DNA of 64,000 nucleotides from a virus. Lineage: Duplodnaviria > Heunggongvirae > Uroviricota > Caudoviricetes. A program made the position numbers and the translations under genes. Shown here in pieces: positions 10,725-20,583 of the stretch (position 1 is the first letter of the stretch; each line of letters opens with the position of its first letter). The DNA lies in IMG/VR virus record IMGVR_UViG_3300028584_001240; one strand, 5' to 3'. The notes under the pieces are model-generated. The model saw only the letters and a list, made by a program, of their open reading frames with translations. It was not told where the DNA came from and made no database searches.

Positions 10725-12317
10725 TTACATTTCTTTTTTATTTAAATAAATGTATTTTGCTATTTCTGCGGGTCTATACTCTAATTTCAATGCACTAAAA
10801 CTGTAGCCTCGTTCATGATTTAAATGAGTTTTCTTATCTAAAGCATAGTCATTGTAACCAAATACCATAGCCTCGCCCGCCGACTGACTTTTTATATTTC
10901 GCCCCTTATAAAATGGAGGGAAATTAGTTAGATCCCTCATTATGCGAAGTTGAATAGCATCAGGAAGTTCGGGATATTCCCCTTTCATGAGAACAAACGT
11001 TTTCGCATCCTTAATAATCTGCTTCATAAAGTGGGTGTCTCTGTGAAAGTCTTGCACAGCATAAATCATATTTATTGAATGTGGATTTGTCATCGAAAGA
11101 TAATCCGAAAGATTATTTGAAATCAATGAAGAAACATCATCCAGAATAACAGTTTGAGTATTTTCTCTGTGTTCAAATTCCTTGATAACTTTATTGATAT
11201 TTAACATCATCAAATTGACTAATGATTGACATAAGTCCCACGATTTTTCTAAAGATGGAAATAATGTTAATATTATTTTCCTTTTGTAGAAGGCTTTTTC
11301 TAAACTGACTTCTGGATTAATTGAAAACACTGATTGATAAGCAATCAACGTATTTACCATTGGAAAAGCCACATCGCAATTGAGGACATGTGAGCGTAAT
11401 GTTTCATCAGCATCATAATCTAAATTATTTAAATAATCATCAATATGAGGTACAGCGGTAGAAAATAATGGATCTGATTTAATTTTGTGTAGAGTATCAA
11501 GCATTAAAAAAGATTCAATATTGTCAACAGACACTAATCCATTATTGGATTTGATACATTTTGATAGTTCATGTAATAGTCTGCCGATTTTATCACCAAA
11601 TAAAATTTTAAAAGCTGTTTCATCACCAATCAACGGATTGATTGGGTCAATGGTATGCGTTATTTTACTATCATTAGTATTCTTCATTAAAAAGTTAAGA
11701 AGGAAAAGATCATCATGTCGATTATGCTGTTTGGCGATGCTAAACAATTTTGCATAAACACTAACATCACCTTTGCCCTCTACATACATCAAGCCTTCTC
11801 CATTTTCAATATATTGATGCCCCATTGAAATCAATGCCTCAGTTTTACCTGATCCGGTCGAACCTGAAATGGTAACTGGATAACTGGTTAACGACCAGTA
11901 TTTAGATTTATTTGAAAATTTATCAGTTATTGACGCAAAATACCTTGGCGAAAAGTCGCCTAATTTAATAGGCGTGTGTGGCTTATCGTCTACTGTCTTA
12001 TAATTTTCTTTCGCTGTTGTATTAGGATTGAAAATAAAAGGAAGTTCTCTATTGAAGAAATCTATGTTCGATAATAAATAATCTTCGTTTTCTCTTATCT
12101 TTTTAGTAGAACTGACATCTTGAATGCTATCACGTTTATTTAATTCTTTTTCAAAAACATTCCAATTGGGATACCCATTAATATTGGCTATATGTTCTTT
12201 AGCGTGACTTAGATTGTTGATGGTTAGTTTGAAAGGCGGTGTATCGGTGTATTCATTTTTTTTGGCTAATTTTAATAAACGTGCAGCCTCACGCTTAGCT
12301 TGATCGAGCTGACTCAT
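10725..12317 (-). CDS. DotL/IcmO/TraD-like coupling-protein ATPase without TM anchor, N-terminal small helical domain
   Basis: Walker A GSTGSGKT, YVEGKGD, DDLFLLNF, LFPSLEKS, Walker B VILDD, AGEA; N-terminus AKREAARL...LSHAKEHIANINGYPNW. Confidence 0.65.
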   Translation of the reverse strand: MSQLDQAKREAARLLKLAKKNEYTDTPPFKLTINNLSHAKEHIANINGYPNWNVFEKELNKRDSIQDVSSTKKIRENEDYLLSNIDFFNRELPFIFNPNTTAKENYKTVDDKPHTPIKLGDFSPRYFASITDKFSNKSKYWSLTSYPVTISGSTGSGKTEALISMGHQYIENGEGLMYVEGKGDVSVYAKLFSIAKQHNRHDDLFLLNFLMKNTNDSKITHTIDPINPLIGDETAFKILFGDKIGRLLHELSKCIKSNNGLVSVDNIESFLMLDTLHKIKSDPLFSTAVPHIDDYLNNLDYDADETLRSHVLNCDVAFPMVNTLIAYQSVFSINPEVSLEKAFYKRKIILTLFPSLEKSWDLCQSLVNLMMLNINKVIKEFEHRENTQTVILDDVSSLISNNLSDYLSMTNPHSINMIYAVQDFHRDTHFMKQIIKDAKTFVLMKGEYPELPDAIQLRIMRDLTNFPPFYKGRNIKSQSAGEAMVFGYNDYALDKKTHLNHERGYSFSALKLEYRPAEIAKYIYLNKKEM

Positions 12318-12407
12318 GGTAATTTCTCCTTAACTTAGAGCACTTTGTTATTACTTTTTTATTTATTTTTCATACATAAAACGCTACTTGTCCAGTAAGA
12401 CTTTACC

Positions 12408-12530
12408 AATGTGCTCAGTAAGGCAGTATTTGTCCTTAATACTATTAAATCATTGATTGGAAGATTGTCAAAACAGGCTGTTAAGAAATAATTTTTGGTT
12501 GTTTTAAAATATAGATTATATTTTGTTTAA
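12408..12530 (+). repeat. diverged direct repeat, copy 1 (left of tnpB element)
   Basis: aatgtgctcagta...tatagattatattttgtttaa matches 14294-14418. Confidence 0.9.
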
Positions 12531-14291
12531 GATGGAAGCCATTAGATTCATTTACGGGGAGGCAATTTTATAAAGTTCTTGACTTTTTTATTTTATTTAT
12601 ATATACTTAACCGCATGAATTATTTATCTTTTTCGATCAAATCAAATGTTTTTACCTTAAATTATTTAAGGAGCCTTTTATTGTCTAAGAAGATCAAAAA
12701 AACAAGAAAACCTCCCACACCATCTTTTACGCATGAACTTCCACTTAAAACCAATAAACACCAAAACAGAAAACTTTCTATAAAGTTCAAAGCTTTGCGT
12801 GAACTTTATAACATGGTTTTAAGTGAAGTTTTCAAACGTGAGCGTAAAATGTGTAAAGATCTTCGTTTTGCAGAGGCTGTTGCTTTAAATAAAACCGAAT
12901 CAACAAAGAAAAAAGGAAAATCCTTATTTAACTTATTAAGAAAAGAGTATCTTTTAGAAAAAGCTAATCTTCAATCTTTTTCAACAAATGCCAAAAATTC
13001 AAGTTATATGGTTGATCATTTGGATGGTGATACTGTCCAAGTCATAAGCGATAGAGCTTATGATGCTTATATGAATTATAAAATAGGTAAACGAGGTAAA
13101 CCTCGTTTTAAATCTTATAAAAAAGGTTTAAGAAGCATTAGTGGTAAAAAGAACAATTGTGTTATGTTTAAAGATGGAAAAGTTAAATGGAAAGATTTAC
13201 TTATTGACGTTGTTTATGATAAGAAAGATAAAAATGGTGTTCAATTTCATGCGTTATCTCAAAAAATAAAGTATTGTCGAATAGTGGGGCGATTAATAAA
13301 AAGCGAAATTCGTTATTACCTTCAAATTGTTGTTGAAGGTACTCCACTCATTAAACATGATTATCCAACATCAACCATAGGTTTTGATGTTGGTGTATCA
13401 ACTTATGCCTTTGTCGGTGATAATGCTGCTATGTTAGGGCCATTTTGTGCAGAGTTAGAAGATATACAAAAAAAGATAGTTAAATTACAACGAAAAAATA
13501 GCCGTTCAACAAGATCGATGAACAGTCAAAATTTTGAACCTAACTCTTATGAGAAAGGAAAAAAGAAATTTGGTAAAGTTATAAAAGGTAAAAAAGTTTG
13601 GACGAATTCAAAAAACTACAAAAACAATTTAACTAAAATACAAGAACTTTATCGAATTCAAGCAGATAAACGTAAAACGTTACACAATATTTTAGCCAAT
13701 GAAGCTCTTTCATTGGGCAAATATGTAAAGATAGAAAAGAATAATTATAAAGCTTGGCAAAAAGGATGGTTTGGAAAAACTATCGGTTTCCGTGCTCCAA
13801 GTGCATTTGTTTTAACTTTAACTCGCAAGGCTGAAAGTGCTGGTGGGAAAGTTGATCTAATTGACACTTGGACTAGTAAGTTATCTCAATATTGTCATGT
13901 GTGCGATGGTTATCATAAGAAGACACTTTCAGAACGCACACACACTTGTGGTAAGATAACAAAGCAAAGAGATCTTTACTCTGCGTTACTAATAAAGCAC
14001 TATGATCTTGAAGCAAGAAAGGTTAATACGACCCAAATACATGAAAATTGGGAAAGTTTAGATACGATCTTAGAAGATGCGGTATTAACTTGTAGAAATA
14101 AATTTCAATCGGTTGGTAAGTTACCAACTAGCTTAGGCATTCAGGAGCTTGAGAAGAGAAATTCGCATAAAAAATCTGTGGTGGTTAGCCGTCAGTGGCT
14201 GGCTTCGGATAATTGTGAAAGCAAGAAAAAGAAGCCAGAGGAAACAGCTAACAAAAACAGAACACCATAGTTTTATCTATGGGGAGTGTCA
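12531..14291 (+). mobile_element. non-autonomous IS200/IS605-family (IS1341-like) tnpB element
   Basis: Preceded by TTTAA; related subterminal sequences ccattagattcatttacggggagg (left) and ccatagttttatctatggggagtgtca (right); no tnpA in window; ends inferred. Confidence 0.7.
12681..14270 (+). CDS. tnpB: RNA-guided endonuclease TnpB
   Basis: GKPRFK, RuvC-I GFDVG, RuvC-II KIEK, zinc finger CHVC..HTC, RuvC-III QRDLYSA; likely TTG start at 12681 behind SD AAGGAG. Confidence 0.9.
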   Translation: MSKKIKKTRKPPTPSFTHELPLKTNKHQNRKLSIKFKALRELYNMVLSEVFKRERKMCKDLRFAEAVALNKTESTKKKGKSLFNLLRKEYLLEKANLQSFSTNAKNSSYMVDHLDGDTVQVISDRAYDAYMNYKIGKRGKPRFKSYKKGLRSISGKKNNCVMFKDGKVKWKDLLIDVVYDKKDKNGVQFHALSQKIKYCRIVGRLIKSEIRYYLQIVVEGTPLIKHDYPTSTIGFDVGVSTYAFVGDNAAMLGPFCAELEDIQKKIVKLQRKNSRSTRSMNSQNFEPNSYEKGKKKFGKVIKGKKVWTNSKNYKNNLTKIQELYRIQADKRKTLHNILANEALSLGKYVKIEKNNYKAWQKGWFGKTIGFRAPSAFVLTLTRKAESAGGKVDLIDTWTSKLSQYCHVCDGYHKKTLSERTHTCGKITKQRDLYSALLIKHYDLEARKVNTTQIHENWESLDTILEDAVLTCRNKFQSVGKLPTSLGIQELEKRNSHKKSVVVSRQWLASDNCESKKKKPEETANKNRTP

Positions 14292-14311
14292 GTAATGTGC
14301 TCAGTAGGCAG
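14100..14311 (+). ncRNA. putative TnpB omega/reRNA with guide starting at about 14292
   Basis: Known TnpB architecture (RNA overlaps the gene 3' end and right end); hairpin ccatag-ttttat-ctatgg then GGAGTGTCA; 5' boundary is a guess. Confidence 0.5.
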
Positions 14312-14418
14312 TATTTGTCCTTAATACCATTAAATCATTGATTGAAAAATTGTCAAAACAAGCTGTTAAGAAAATATCACGTTTGGTTATTTTAAAATAT
14401 AGATTATATTTTGTTTAA
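14294..14418 (+). repeat. diverged direct repeat, copy 2
   Basis: Matches 12408-12530; includes the 3' end of ORF 14387-14959. Confidence 0.9.
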
Positions 14419-14959
14419 TTTCACCACTGGTAGGTGTAAATCCATAGATAAGATAAGCTCTACGTTTTTCATTAGGAGCTAAATCAATGTAGTCAAGATT
14501 AGGTTTACCCATCTCTACCGGATCTAGTGAAAAGTAATCAAGCTTCTTACCGGCTGGAATAGGATATTCTAGATATCTCACTTTCGTTAAATCTAATTTA
14601 GTATCATTCACTAAACTTTCGGAACCTTCACCGTATTCATTAATACACGTTTTTTTTATGCTGCTTTCTGCATGAATAGAATTGATATCTTTTTCAAGAA
14701 GACAATAAACAAACTTTGATTCATACACATAATCTGAATCAGTTTTTTTATCACGTTTGACAGTTTTGATAGAAACATTATCAGAGATAGGATTTGAATT
14801 AACGGTAAAAACTAAAGTCTTCACTCGTTCTGCTGGTGACACATAGACCATCGGCTTTTCTGAATAAAATGCGTCGGTTGTTTCTAATGGATCTGCGATA
14901 GCCATTTGAAAAGGTAATAATAAAAAGGCTGTCATTAAAGATAATTTAATCATATGCAC
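14387..14959 (-). CDS. secreted protein (signal peptide), probable distant paralog of 52292-52873
   Basis: MIKLSLMTAFLLLPFQMAIA-D; two Cys, CINEYGE. Confidence 0.7.
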   Translation of the reverse strand: MHMIKLSLMTAFLLLPFQMAIADPLETTDAFYSEKPMVYVSPAERVKTLVFTVNSNPISDNVSIKTVKRDKKTDSDYVYESKFVYCLLEKDINSIHAESSIKKTCINEYGEGSESLVNDTKLDLTKVRYLEYPIPAGKKLDYFSLDPVEMGKPNLDYIDLAPNEKRRAYLIYGFTPTSGEIKQNIIYILK

Positions 14960-15087
14960 TCCTAGTATATTTTATAAAAGTCTACCATATAATACTCAAA
15001 ATACAAGAATTGATGATTTTTTAACAGATAAATGGATTTATTATAAGACCTGTGTTAACATATAGGATGATAACAAGGTGATAAACA

Positions 15088-15876
15088 ATGGACAATATTT
15101 TTGAAACAGTTTTTAATATAGAGAATTTATTAAAGTTCCTTGATAAGAATGTCCCTAATTTCTCAAATGAACCTATTGTCGAAAAAGACAGTGAAGGGGT
15201 TGTTGAATATGAATTCTACGACATCAAATCGCCAGCCAGTTTACATCATCCTTTCATGCATTTAAGAGTATATAACAATAGACAAATATATTTCTTAGGA
15301 AGAGATCAAACCGAACTGATTAAAACATTTAATTATTTCAAAACACATGAAATGAAAGAGGCTGATTTATTGTCTATCATTGACATTATTAATAAAACAG
15401 GTGAGAAGTATGGCATCTATAATAAAGATAAAAATAAAATACATGAAAAGAAAATAAAGAAACTATTAAAAAACAGAAACGAAGTAACACCAGAAGTTTT
15501 TTTTAAAACGGTGTATGACATTGTAGGTGTCTGTGGTAAAGGTGCATGGAGTAAACATGGACCAACCTATATCAAAAGACAGTATTTCATATTAGATGAC
15601 TGTAGTTTATTAGAGTGGTATATTATAAACTACCCAATGACTAGTAATCTAAAAGTAATTGTTAACGTTGTGAGACTAGATGATAAATTAATGATTGCTG
15701 TCAAATTTAAAGAATCTGACGAATTAATTATGATGGAAGATATTGAAGAGTTCCAAAAAATAGTGGATGATAAGTTCTTAGCTATTTATTTACCGATGAT
15801 AAAAAAACATCTTGGTAATGACCGCACAACATTTAATCAAGATGACATAACACTATTAAGGATGGTAAAAATATGA
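15088..15876 (+). CDS. hypothetical protein, C-terminal motif group
   Basis: ends DITLLRMVKI*. Confidence 0.75.
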   Translation: MDNIFETVFNIENLLKFLDKNVPNFSNEPIVEKDSEGVVEYEFYDIKSPASLHHPFMHLRVYNNRQIYFLGRDQTELIKTFNYFKTHEMKEADLLSIIDIINKTGEKYGIYNKDKNKIHEKKIKKLLKNRNEVTPEVFFKTVYDIVGVCGKGAWSKHGPTYIKRQYFILDDCSLLEWYIINYPMTSNLKVIVNVVRLDDKLMIAVKFKESDELIMMEDIEEFQKIVDDKFLAIYLPMIKKHLGNDRTTFNQDDITLLRMVKI

Positions 15877-16316
15877 AAGAACTGAGCGAAATCAATACAG
15901 AATTAGAAAAAGAGATTATAGAAATAGTTGAAGAAGGTAATGTGTTTCACGAATCAAACCTTTACACCGTTGCTCTCGATCATTATCAAGAAGGATGGGA
16001 AAAATTGCCAGATGATAAACAATGGTCATTCCTGACTTATTGGATAGCAGGCTGCTTATATCAGGTTTATTTTGATACTAAGGAATACAATAAAGCAAAA
16101 GAATGGATAAAAATATCAATGGCGGGTCAAACATCTAAAATAGACACAGGTGGTTTTATGGATCTAGGAATGGTGTGTTATGAATTAAAACAATATGATG
16201 AAGCCTATTCAGCATTTGATAGCTCATTTAAAATTGGTAACAAACGAGCCTTTAAAGAAAGACCAAAGAAATATTTGGATTTCTACTTAGACAGAAAGAA
16301 TACTAATACAAATTGA
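15873..16316 (+). CDS. TPR-like helical protein
   Basis: LGMVCYELKQYDEAYSAF TPR pattern; ATGA overlap with upstream gene. Confidence 0.65.
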   Translation: MKELSEINTELEKEIIEIVEEGNVFHESNLYTVALDHYQEGWEKLPDDKQWSFLTYWIAGCLYQVYFDTKEYNKAKEWIKISMAGQTSKIDTGGFMDLGMVCYELKQYDEAYSAFDSSFKIGNKRAFKERPKKYLDFYLDRKNTNTN

Positions 16317-16548
16317 AGTCTTTAATAACGTAGTCATTAATATCTATGGCTACTTGTCCATTTCGCAATGCCTTAATATAATAAACTTTCAAACAAAACA
16401 TACATTGTCGTGTATAATGTGTTTTGGCTGGAAACCGATGAATACCTGACGGATCATAAACGGTTTGGACAAAATCAATAACACAATTTTCTTGTGAACG
16501 ATTACAATGCGGACAATGAAGAATGTCTAATTTCTCATATATTATCAT
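16303..16548 (-). CDS. small zinc-ribbon protein, paralog of 18476-18712
   Basis: CPHC...CMFC. Confidence 0.65.
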   Translation of the reverse strand: MIIYEKLDILHCPHCNRSQENCVIDFVQTVYDPSGIHRFPAKTHYTRQCMFCLKVYYIKALRNGQVAIDINDYVIKDFNLY

Positions 16549-16605
16549 AATGATTACCTAATGGATGATCAAGTTTAACATATAAATATCAAAAATAAAG
16601 TGTTA

Positions 16606-17613
16606 TTATATTTCATACATAGAAAGGAGTAGAAGGGTGTTCTCATCCAGTGGAAGTGTATCATCCATACCCATTTTTTCAAGTGTTGCATAAGTCTGCA
16701 GTGATGGATAATAAGATCGACAATAATTGATACGTTTACTATAAACACTCAAAAACTCTTGCTGATAGTTTTGGAGGTCTTCTTCATTGAACACCACTGA
16801 TTTTTGTAGAGTGACACCTTTATCATAAGTGAACTCAAAAAACTTAATGGTAGTATCATCAGTCATTTTTCGGTCTTTCAAGTTATCATTATCCAGCTCA
16901 TTAAAATCTTCAACAAGCAGTCTATACTTCAAACCTTCTTTAATCAGTAGGCAAGCATTATAGTTGTGTTTTAGAATACGAACCTTTCGAGTATCAATCA
17001 TGTGTCCATATTCATTCATTTTATCTTTTAAACAGGGTATTGAACTAAAATCACTAAATCTGCCCACTTCAAATAGCTGATCATTAACGATGTAGAAATG
17101 TGCTCGACTTACTGCTTTTTTGGTAGATGACAATAAACAAAAGGTGACTTTATTTATATTCTTGATGACTGATTTTTTTACAATAGCCACTTCTGGATAA
17201 TAGATATCATTAAAATACTGAATAGAGGGTGATTTGTCAGTATCTTCTTCTATACCACCTAAGAACATATTCAATACGTTTGGGTGGTTTGTAAATATAG
17301 CAGAATATCTATTTCTGAGATAGGGAAATGTTTTTCTATCAAATTGAAAAAAGATATTATCAGCTAATTGATTGAGAACATAATGATGATTATCAATAGT
17401 CTCATCTATTTTTTGCGTGCAGTAATTCATAGTACTACTGCTACCTCTATCTTTAATGGTCACAAACATATAACCATCTTTAATATCTATTTCAGCAAAC
17501 AGTCCATTTTTAGCTTCTGCAGTAAACTGAACATCATTCACTTTTTTTACTTTGATAAGGTTATTGACTGATAAAGTGTTTCTACCAAACCGGTTCTTGA
17601 AGAAATTAATCAT
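16606..17613 (-). CDS. hypothetical protein, C-terminal motif group
   Basis: ends TLLLLSMYEI*. Confidence 0.75.
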   Translation of the reverse strand: MINFFKNRFGRNTLSVNNLIKVKKVNDVQFTAEAKNGLFAEIDIKDGYMFVTIKDRGSSSTMNYCTQKIDETIDNHHYVLNQLADNIFFQFDRKTFPYLRNRYSAIFTNHPNVLNMFLGGIEEDTDKSPSIQYFNDIYYPEVAIVKKSVIKNINKVTFCLLSSTKKAVSRAHFYIVNDQLFEVGRFSDFSSIPCLKDKMNEYGHMIDTRKVRILKHNYNACLLIKEGLKYRLLVEDFNELDNDNLKDRKMTDDTTIKFFEFTYDKGVTLQKSVVFNEEDLQNYQQEFLSVYSKRINYCRSYYPSLQTYATLEKMGMDDTLPLDENTLLLLSMYEI

Positions 17614-17620
17614 AAAACAC

Positions 17621-18412
17621 TCATATTCTCATCATACTAACAACATCAACATAAGGTTGTAATTCTTCTTCTGTCATTGCAATAATTTGATTAAATGGAA
17701 TACCATAATGTATATGTATTGGATAAAATAATTCATAAAGTGCGAAATCTTCAAGTTGCTTTTGAAAATATCTTAAATTTTTTGTAAATACAGCTTCATT
17801 ATTGGATATCCATAATTCAACAGCGTCCACATTGTCGTTACTCATAGACTGGTTAAAAATTAAACAATCGGCTGATAATATACCTTTTTTGAATGTGAAA
17901 TATATCATTGTCTTAAAATTATGAATCTTATTTTGGTGCTTGTAGAGGCTTTCATTAACAGCAACTGAGATATTACGATGCGAACTAACAACATTATATT
18001 CAACACCAGAAATTCTATCCAATTGAATCCTAGTGGACAGAATGGAATTACTGACCATTGTTATCTTTTTAAAGATTTTAAATTTTATACCAGTCTGTTC
18101 AAATTTATTAAACATTAAATTAAAGCGTTCGACATAATCTATAGTTTTGGTTTTCAAAATAGGATTAAGAAAGCTTTCAAAAAATTCACTGCTGGCTGTT
18201 GTTTTAAAGTAAACAGAATATTCACCAGTAAAGTCTTCGTGATATTCAATTACTAAATTTTCAATAGCACCATTGATTCGTATTCTAAAAACACAACGTC
18301 GTTTTGGTTTGATAATTTCATAATGGATCTCGTCTATATTCAGTTCTCTGACCAAATAATCAAGAAAATAGTTTTTAATTTCTGAATCTATGTCTGTTTC
18401 TGCTGTTGCCAT
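17621..18412 (-). CDS. hypothetical protein, C-terminal motif group
   Basis: ends YVDVVSMMRI*. Confidence 0.75.
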   Translation of the reverse strand: MATAETDIDSEIKNYFLDYLVRELNIDEIHYEIIKPKRRCVFRIRINGAIENLVIEYHEDFTGEYSVYFKTTASSEFFESFLNPILKTKTIDYVERFNLMFNKFEQTGIKFKIFKKITMVSNSILSTRIQLDRISGVEYNVVSSHRNISVAVNESLYKHQNKIHNFKTMIYFTFKKGILSADCLIFNQSMSNDNVDAVELWISNNEAVFTKNLRYFQKQLEDFALYELFYPIHIHYGIPFNQIIAMTEEELQPYVDVVSMMRI

Positions 18413-18475
18413 GACTATACACCAATGTTATACAGTCATTATGTGTCAACATGAAAAAAAAGCAACTGATTGTTG

Positions 18476-18712
18476 TTAAATGTTTGGCGTATTAGCGATT
18501 GATATTGTATGGTTGTTATTCAATTTAAGATACAGCATAGAATCACATTCAACGCATTTTTCTTCTTGAACGGATGTGCTATATGAAGGCTTGGCAATGC
18601 CTTGGAGATTAGGATTGAAAGGAATGTAGTCAATAGCAGGATGTTCTTGCTTTGCAAGGCAATAAATACAAATCAAAGAATCTTTTTCTGGAATAGTTTT
18701 CATTGTTATCAC
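18476..18712 (-). CDS. small zinc-ribbon protein, paralog of 16303-16548
   Basis: CIYC..QE...IDY...CVEC..Y. Confidence 0.65.
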   Translation of the reverse strand: MITMKTIPEKDSLICIYCLAKQEHPAIDYIPFNPNLQGIAKPSYSTSVQEEKCVECDSMLYLKLNNNHTISIANTPNI

Positions 18713-18724
18713 CTCGTTATAAAT

Positions 18725-18800
<76 letters not shown>

Positions 18801-18812
18801 ATATAAAACTTG

Positions 18813-19145
18813 TTAACTTATTACTTGGAAAATTAAACCTTCTTCCCAATCTGCAACGTTGCAGTAATCGGTTGGAATAATCCCAGACGCCAGAATTTTA
18901 ATGAAGGCTTCACGGGCTGCTAATTTTAACACGTTACTTGGAACTAGATCATTACCAATAAAAAATGTTTCACCTTCATACACCCAAATCATTGATGAGA
19001 AATCAAAAGTATAGGTTAAGTTAGCACTTTCATGACTGATATGAAAGTTTTCAATTTCTTCAAAAAATGAAGTATCTCTTTCATCAAAAGCTTTCTTATA
19101 TGAAAAACCATACTTTGGTAGTAAACCTAATCCCATAACATGCAC
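18813..19145 (-). CDS. hypothetical protein
   Basis: 110 aa ORF between tRNAs, SD GAGG. Confidence 0.55.
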   Translation of the reverse strand: MHVMGLGLLPKYGFSYKKAFDERDTSFFEEIENFHISHESANLTYTFDFSSMIWVYEGETFFIGNDLVPSNVLKLAAREAFIKILASGIIPTDYCNVADWEEGLIFQVIS

Positions 19146-19154
19146 CTCTTAATA

Positions 19155-19230
19155 TGGCTGGCGAAACAGGACTCGAACCTGTGACCCGGTGATTAACAGT
19201 CACCTGCTCTACCAACTGAGCTATTCGCCA
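19155..19230 (-). tRNA. tRNA-Asn(GUU)
   Basis: Cloverleaf, loop CT-GTT-AA, G73, CCA. Confidence 0.95.
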
Positions 19231-19247
19231 ATATAATCTATATATTA

Positions 19248-19499
19248 CTATTCCATAATTCGCAGATTACGTTTCCAGTAATCGTAGGTGTAATGCTCAC
19301 AATTATCGTCACCATAACCAATTCTATCTGACTGCCAAACATAAATACATCCGTGAAATGATTCAGTCGGTGGTTCTAACCTAACGACAACGCCACAATG
19401 ACCAGAAGAATCCTTTAATTGAACACCAAGTGTTAATTCGACATCTTTATTAAGACGTTCGTTTTTATCTTGCCATTTCACTAAATCATTATTTTTCAT
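19248..19499 (-). CDS. hypothetical protein
   Basis: 83 aa, SD AGGAG. Confidence 0.6.
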   Translation of the reverse strand: MKNNDLVKWQDKNERLNKDVELTLGVQLKDSSGHCGVVVRLEPPTESFHGCIYVWQSDRIGYGDDNCEHYTYDYWKRNLRIME

Positions 19500-19511
19500 A
19501 AGTACTCCTTC

Positions 19512-19778
19512 TTATTCATCAGCATCTGATAACACAGTTGTTGATGTTTTATCAAGTTTTGTGGTTTCTGTTTTTCCATTAGGGCAACGAGTCACATATA
19601 AGAATACAGCTCCAAAACCACCACTGTTCATGCGATAGATTTTACAATCTTTCATATCCTGCGGCATAATGAATTCCGCTGTAACATCCACAGTATTCTT
19701 ATCAACAGCATAACTGAAAGTAGAAAATAAAGAAAGTAGTATACAAAACGTCATTTTTTTAATCATAAGATGCCTCAT
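19512..19778 (-). CDS. small secreted protein
   Basis: Signal peptide ...STFSYA-V; KDCKIY...VTRCPN. Confidence 0.6.
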   Translation of the reverse strand: MRHLMIKKMTFCILLSLFSTFSYAVDKNTVDVTAEFIMPQDMKDCKIYRMNSGGFGAVFLYVTRCPNGKTETTKLDKTSTTVLSDADE

Positions 19779-19800
19779 ATTGAATCTTTTACTACAAATT

Positions 19801-19877
19801 TGGTGGGACTTGTAAGACTTGAACTTACGACCTGCCGATTATGAGTCGGATGCTCTAACCAACTGAGCTAAAATCCC
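19801..19877 (-). tRNA. tRNA-Ile2-type (CAU), copy 1
   Basis: GACT-CAT-AATC anticodon arm and GTTCAAGTC T-loop typical of lysidine tRNA-Ile2; Met not fully excluded. Confidence 0.85.
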
Positions 19878-19901
19878 ATGGAGAGCCGAAGCTCTTTTAA
19901 A

Positions 19902-20105
19902 TCATGTATCACCATAATCACAATGAACGAACCCGGCTTCAAGAGCGAACTCTTCAATTTCAGGTTCCTCACCATTACAAACATTACAGCGATAGTTTTC
20001 ATACGTTTCCATCAACTTGCGAGCGTCTTCCTTTGATGTAGCCAATACAACAATGCTTCCCATCCATCCAAAATCACAAGTGTATACTTTCAAAATAGTT
20101 TCCAT
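19902..20105 (-). CDS. small protein, paralog of 20320-20526
   Basis: LKVYTCDFGWMGSIVVLATS..AR...GFVHCD. Confidence 0.7.
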   Translation of the reverse strand: METILKVYTCDFGWMGSIVVLATSKEDARKLMETYENYRCNVCNGEEPEIEEFALEAGFVHCDYGDT

Positions 20106-20180
20106 AAAAAAATCCTCTAGTTAAGTTCTTTGAACAGTTAAGTTCTTTTAACATTAAGAATTATTTTAATCCATCAAAAC

Positions 20181-20264
20181 TGGTGCCCGAGGCCGGACTC
20201 GAACCGGCACTCCCGAAGGAAGGGGATTTTAAGTCCCCCGCGTCTACCATTCCACCACTCGGGC
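20181..20264 (-). tRNA. tRNA-Leu(UAA)
   Basis: GCCCGAG.., loop CT-TAA-AA, long variable arm, CCA. Confidence 0.95.
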
Positions 20265-20319
20265 GTTTATTGTAAATGAAAGCACACGATGATAAGTCGT
20301 ATGCTCTATTAACTAAGGA

Positions 20320-20526
20320 CTAGCCTCCGAATTCTCCATTATCGCAATGTATAAAACCACCACAAATAGGAAATTCCTTTATTTCAACCTTTTTATATTT
20401 TGATTCAGACTTGTAATTACCTTGCGTTTCCATATAAATACGTGCTTCTTCCAATGAAGTGGCTACAACAACAATACTACCAGCCCAATTTAAATCACAA
20501 GTATAAATCTTCAAATTATTATTCAT
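20320..20526 (-). CDS. small protein, paralog of 19902-20105
   Basis: LKIYTCDLNWAGSIVVVATS..AR...GFIHCD. Confidence 0.7.
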   Translation of the reverse strand: MNNNLKIYTCDLNWAGSIVVVATSLEEARIYMETQGNYKSESKYKKVEIKEFPICGGFIHCDNGEFGG

Positions 20527-20583
20527 AAAAAATCCTCTTATTAAGTTATCTAACTTATAAGAAATGTTTTATTCCATTAAAAC

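Noticed and set aside
12330-12420. c-di-GMP-I riboswitch in the DotL-like gene leader
   Set aside because: GGTAAA is present but the GNRA-capped P2 and GACGCAAA core are not; kept only as an unassigned paired leader
12408-14418. CRISPR array or Cas12 locus around tnpB
   Set aside because: Only two long diverged repeats, no regularly spaced short repeats with spacers, no cas1/cas2
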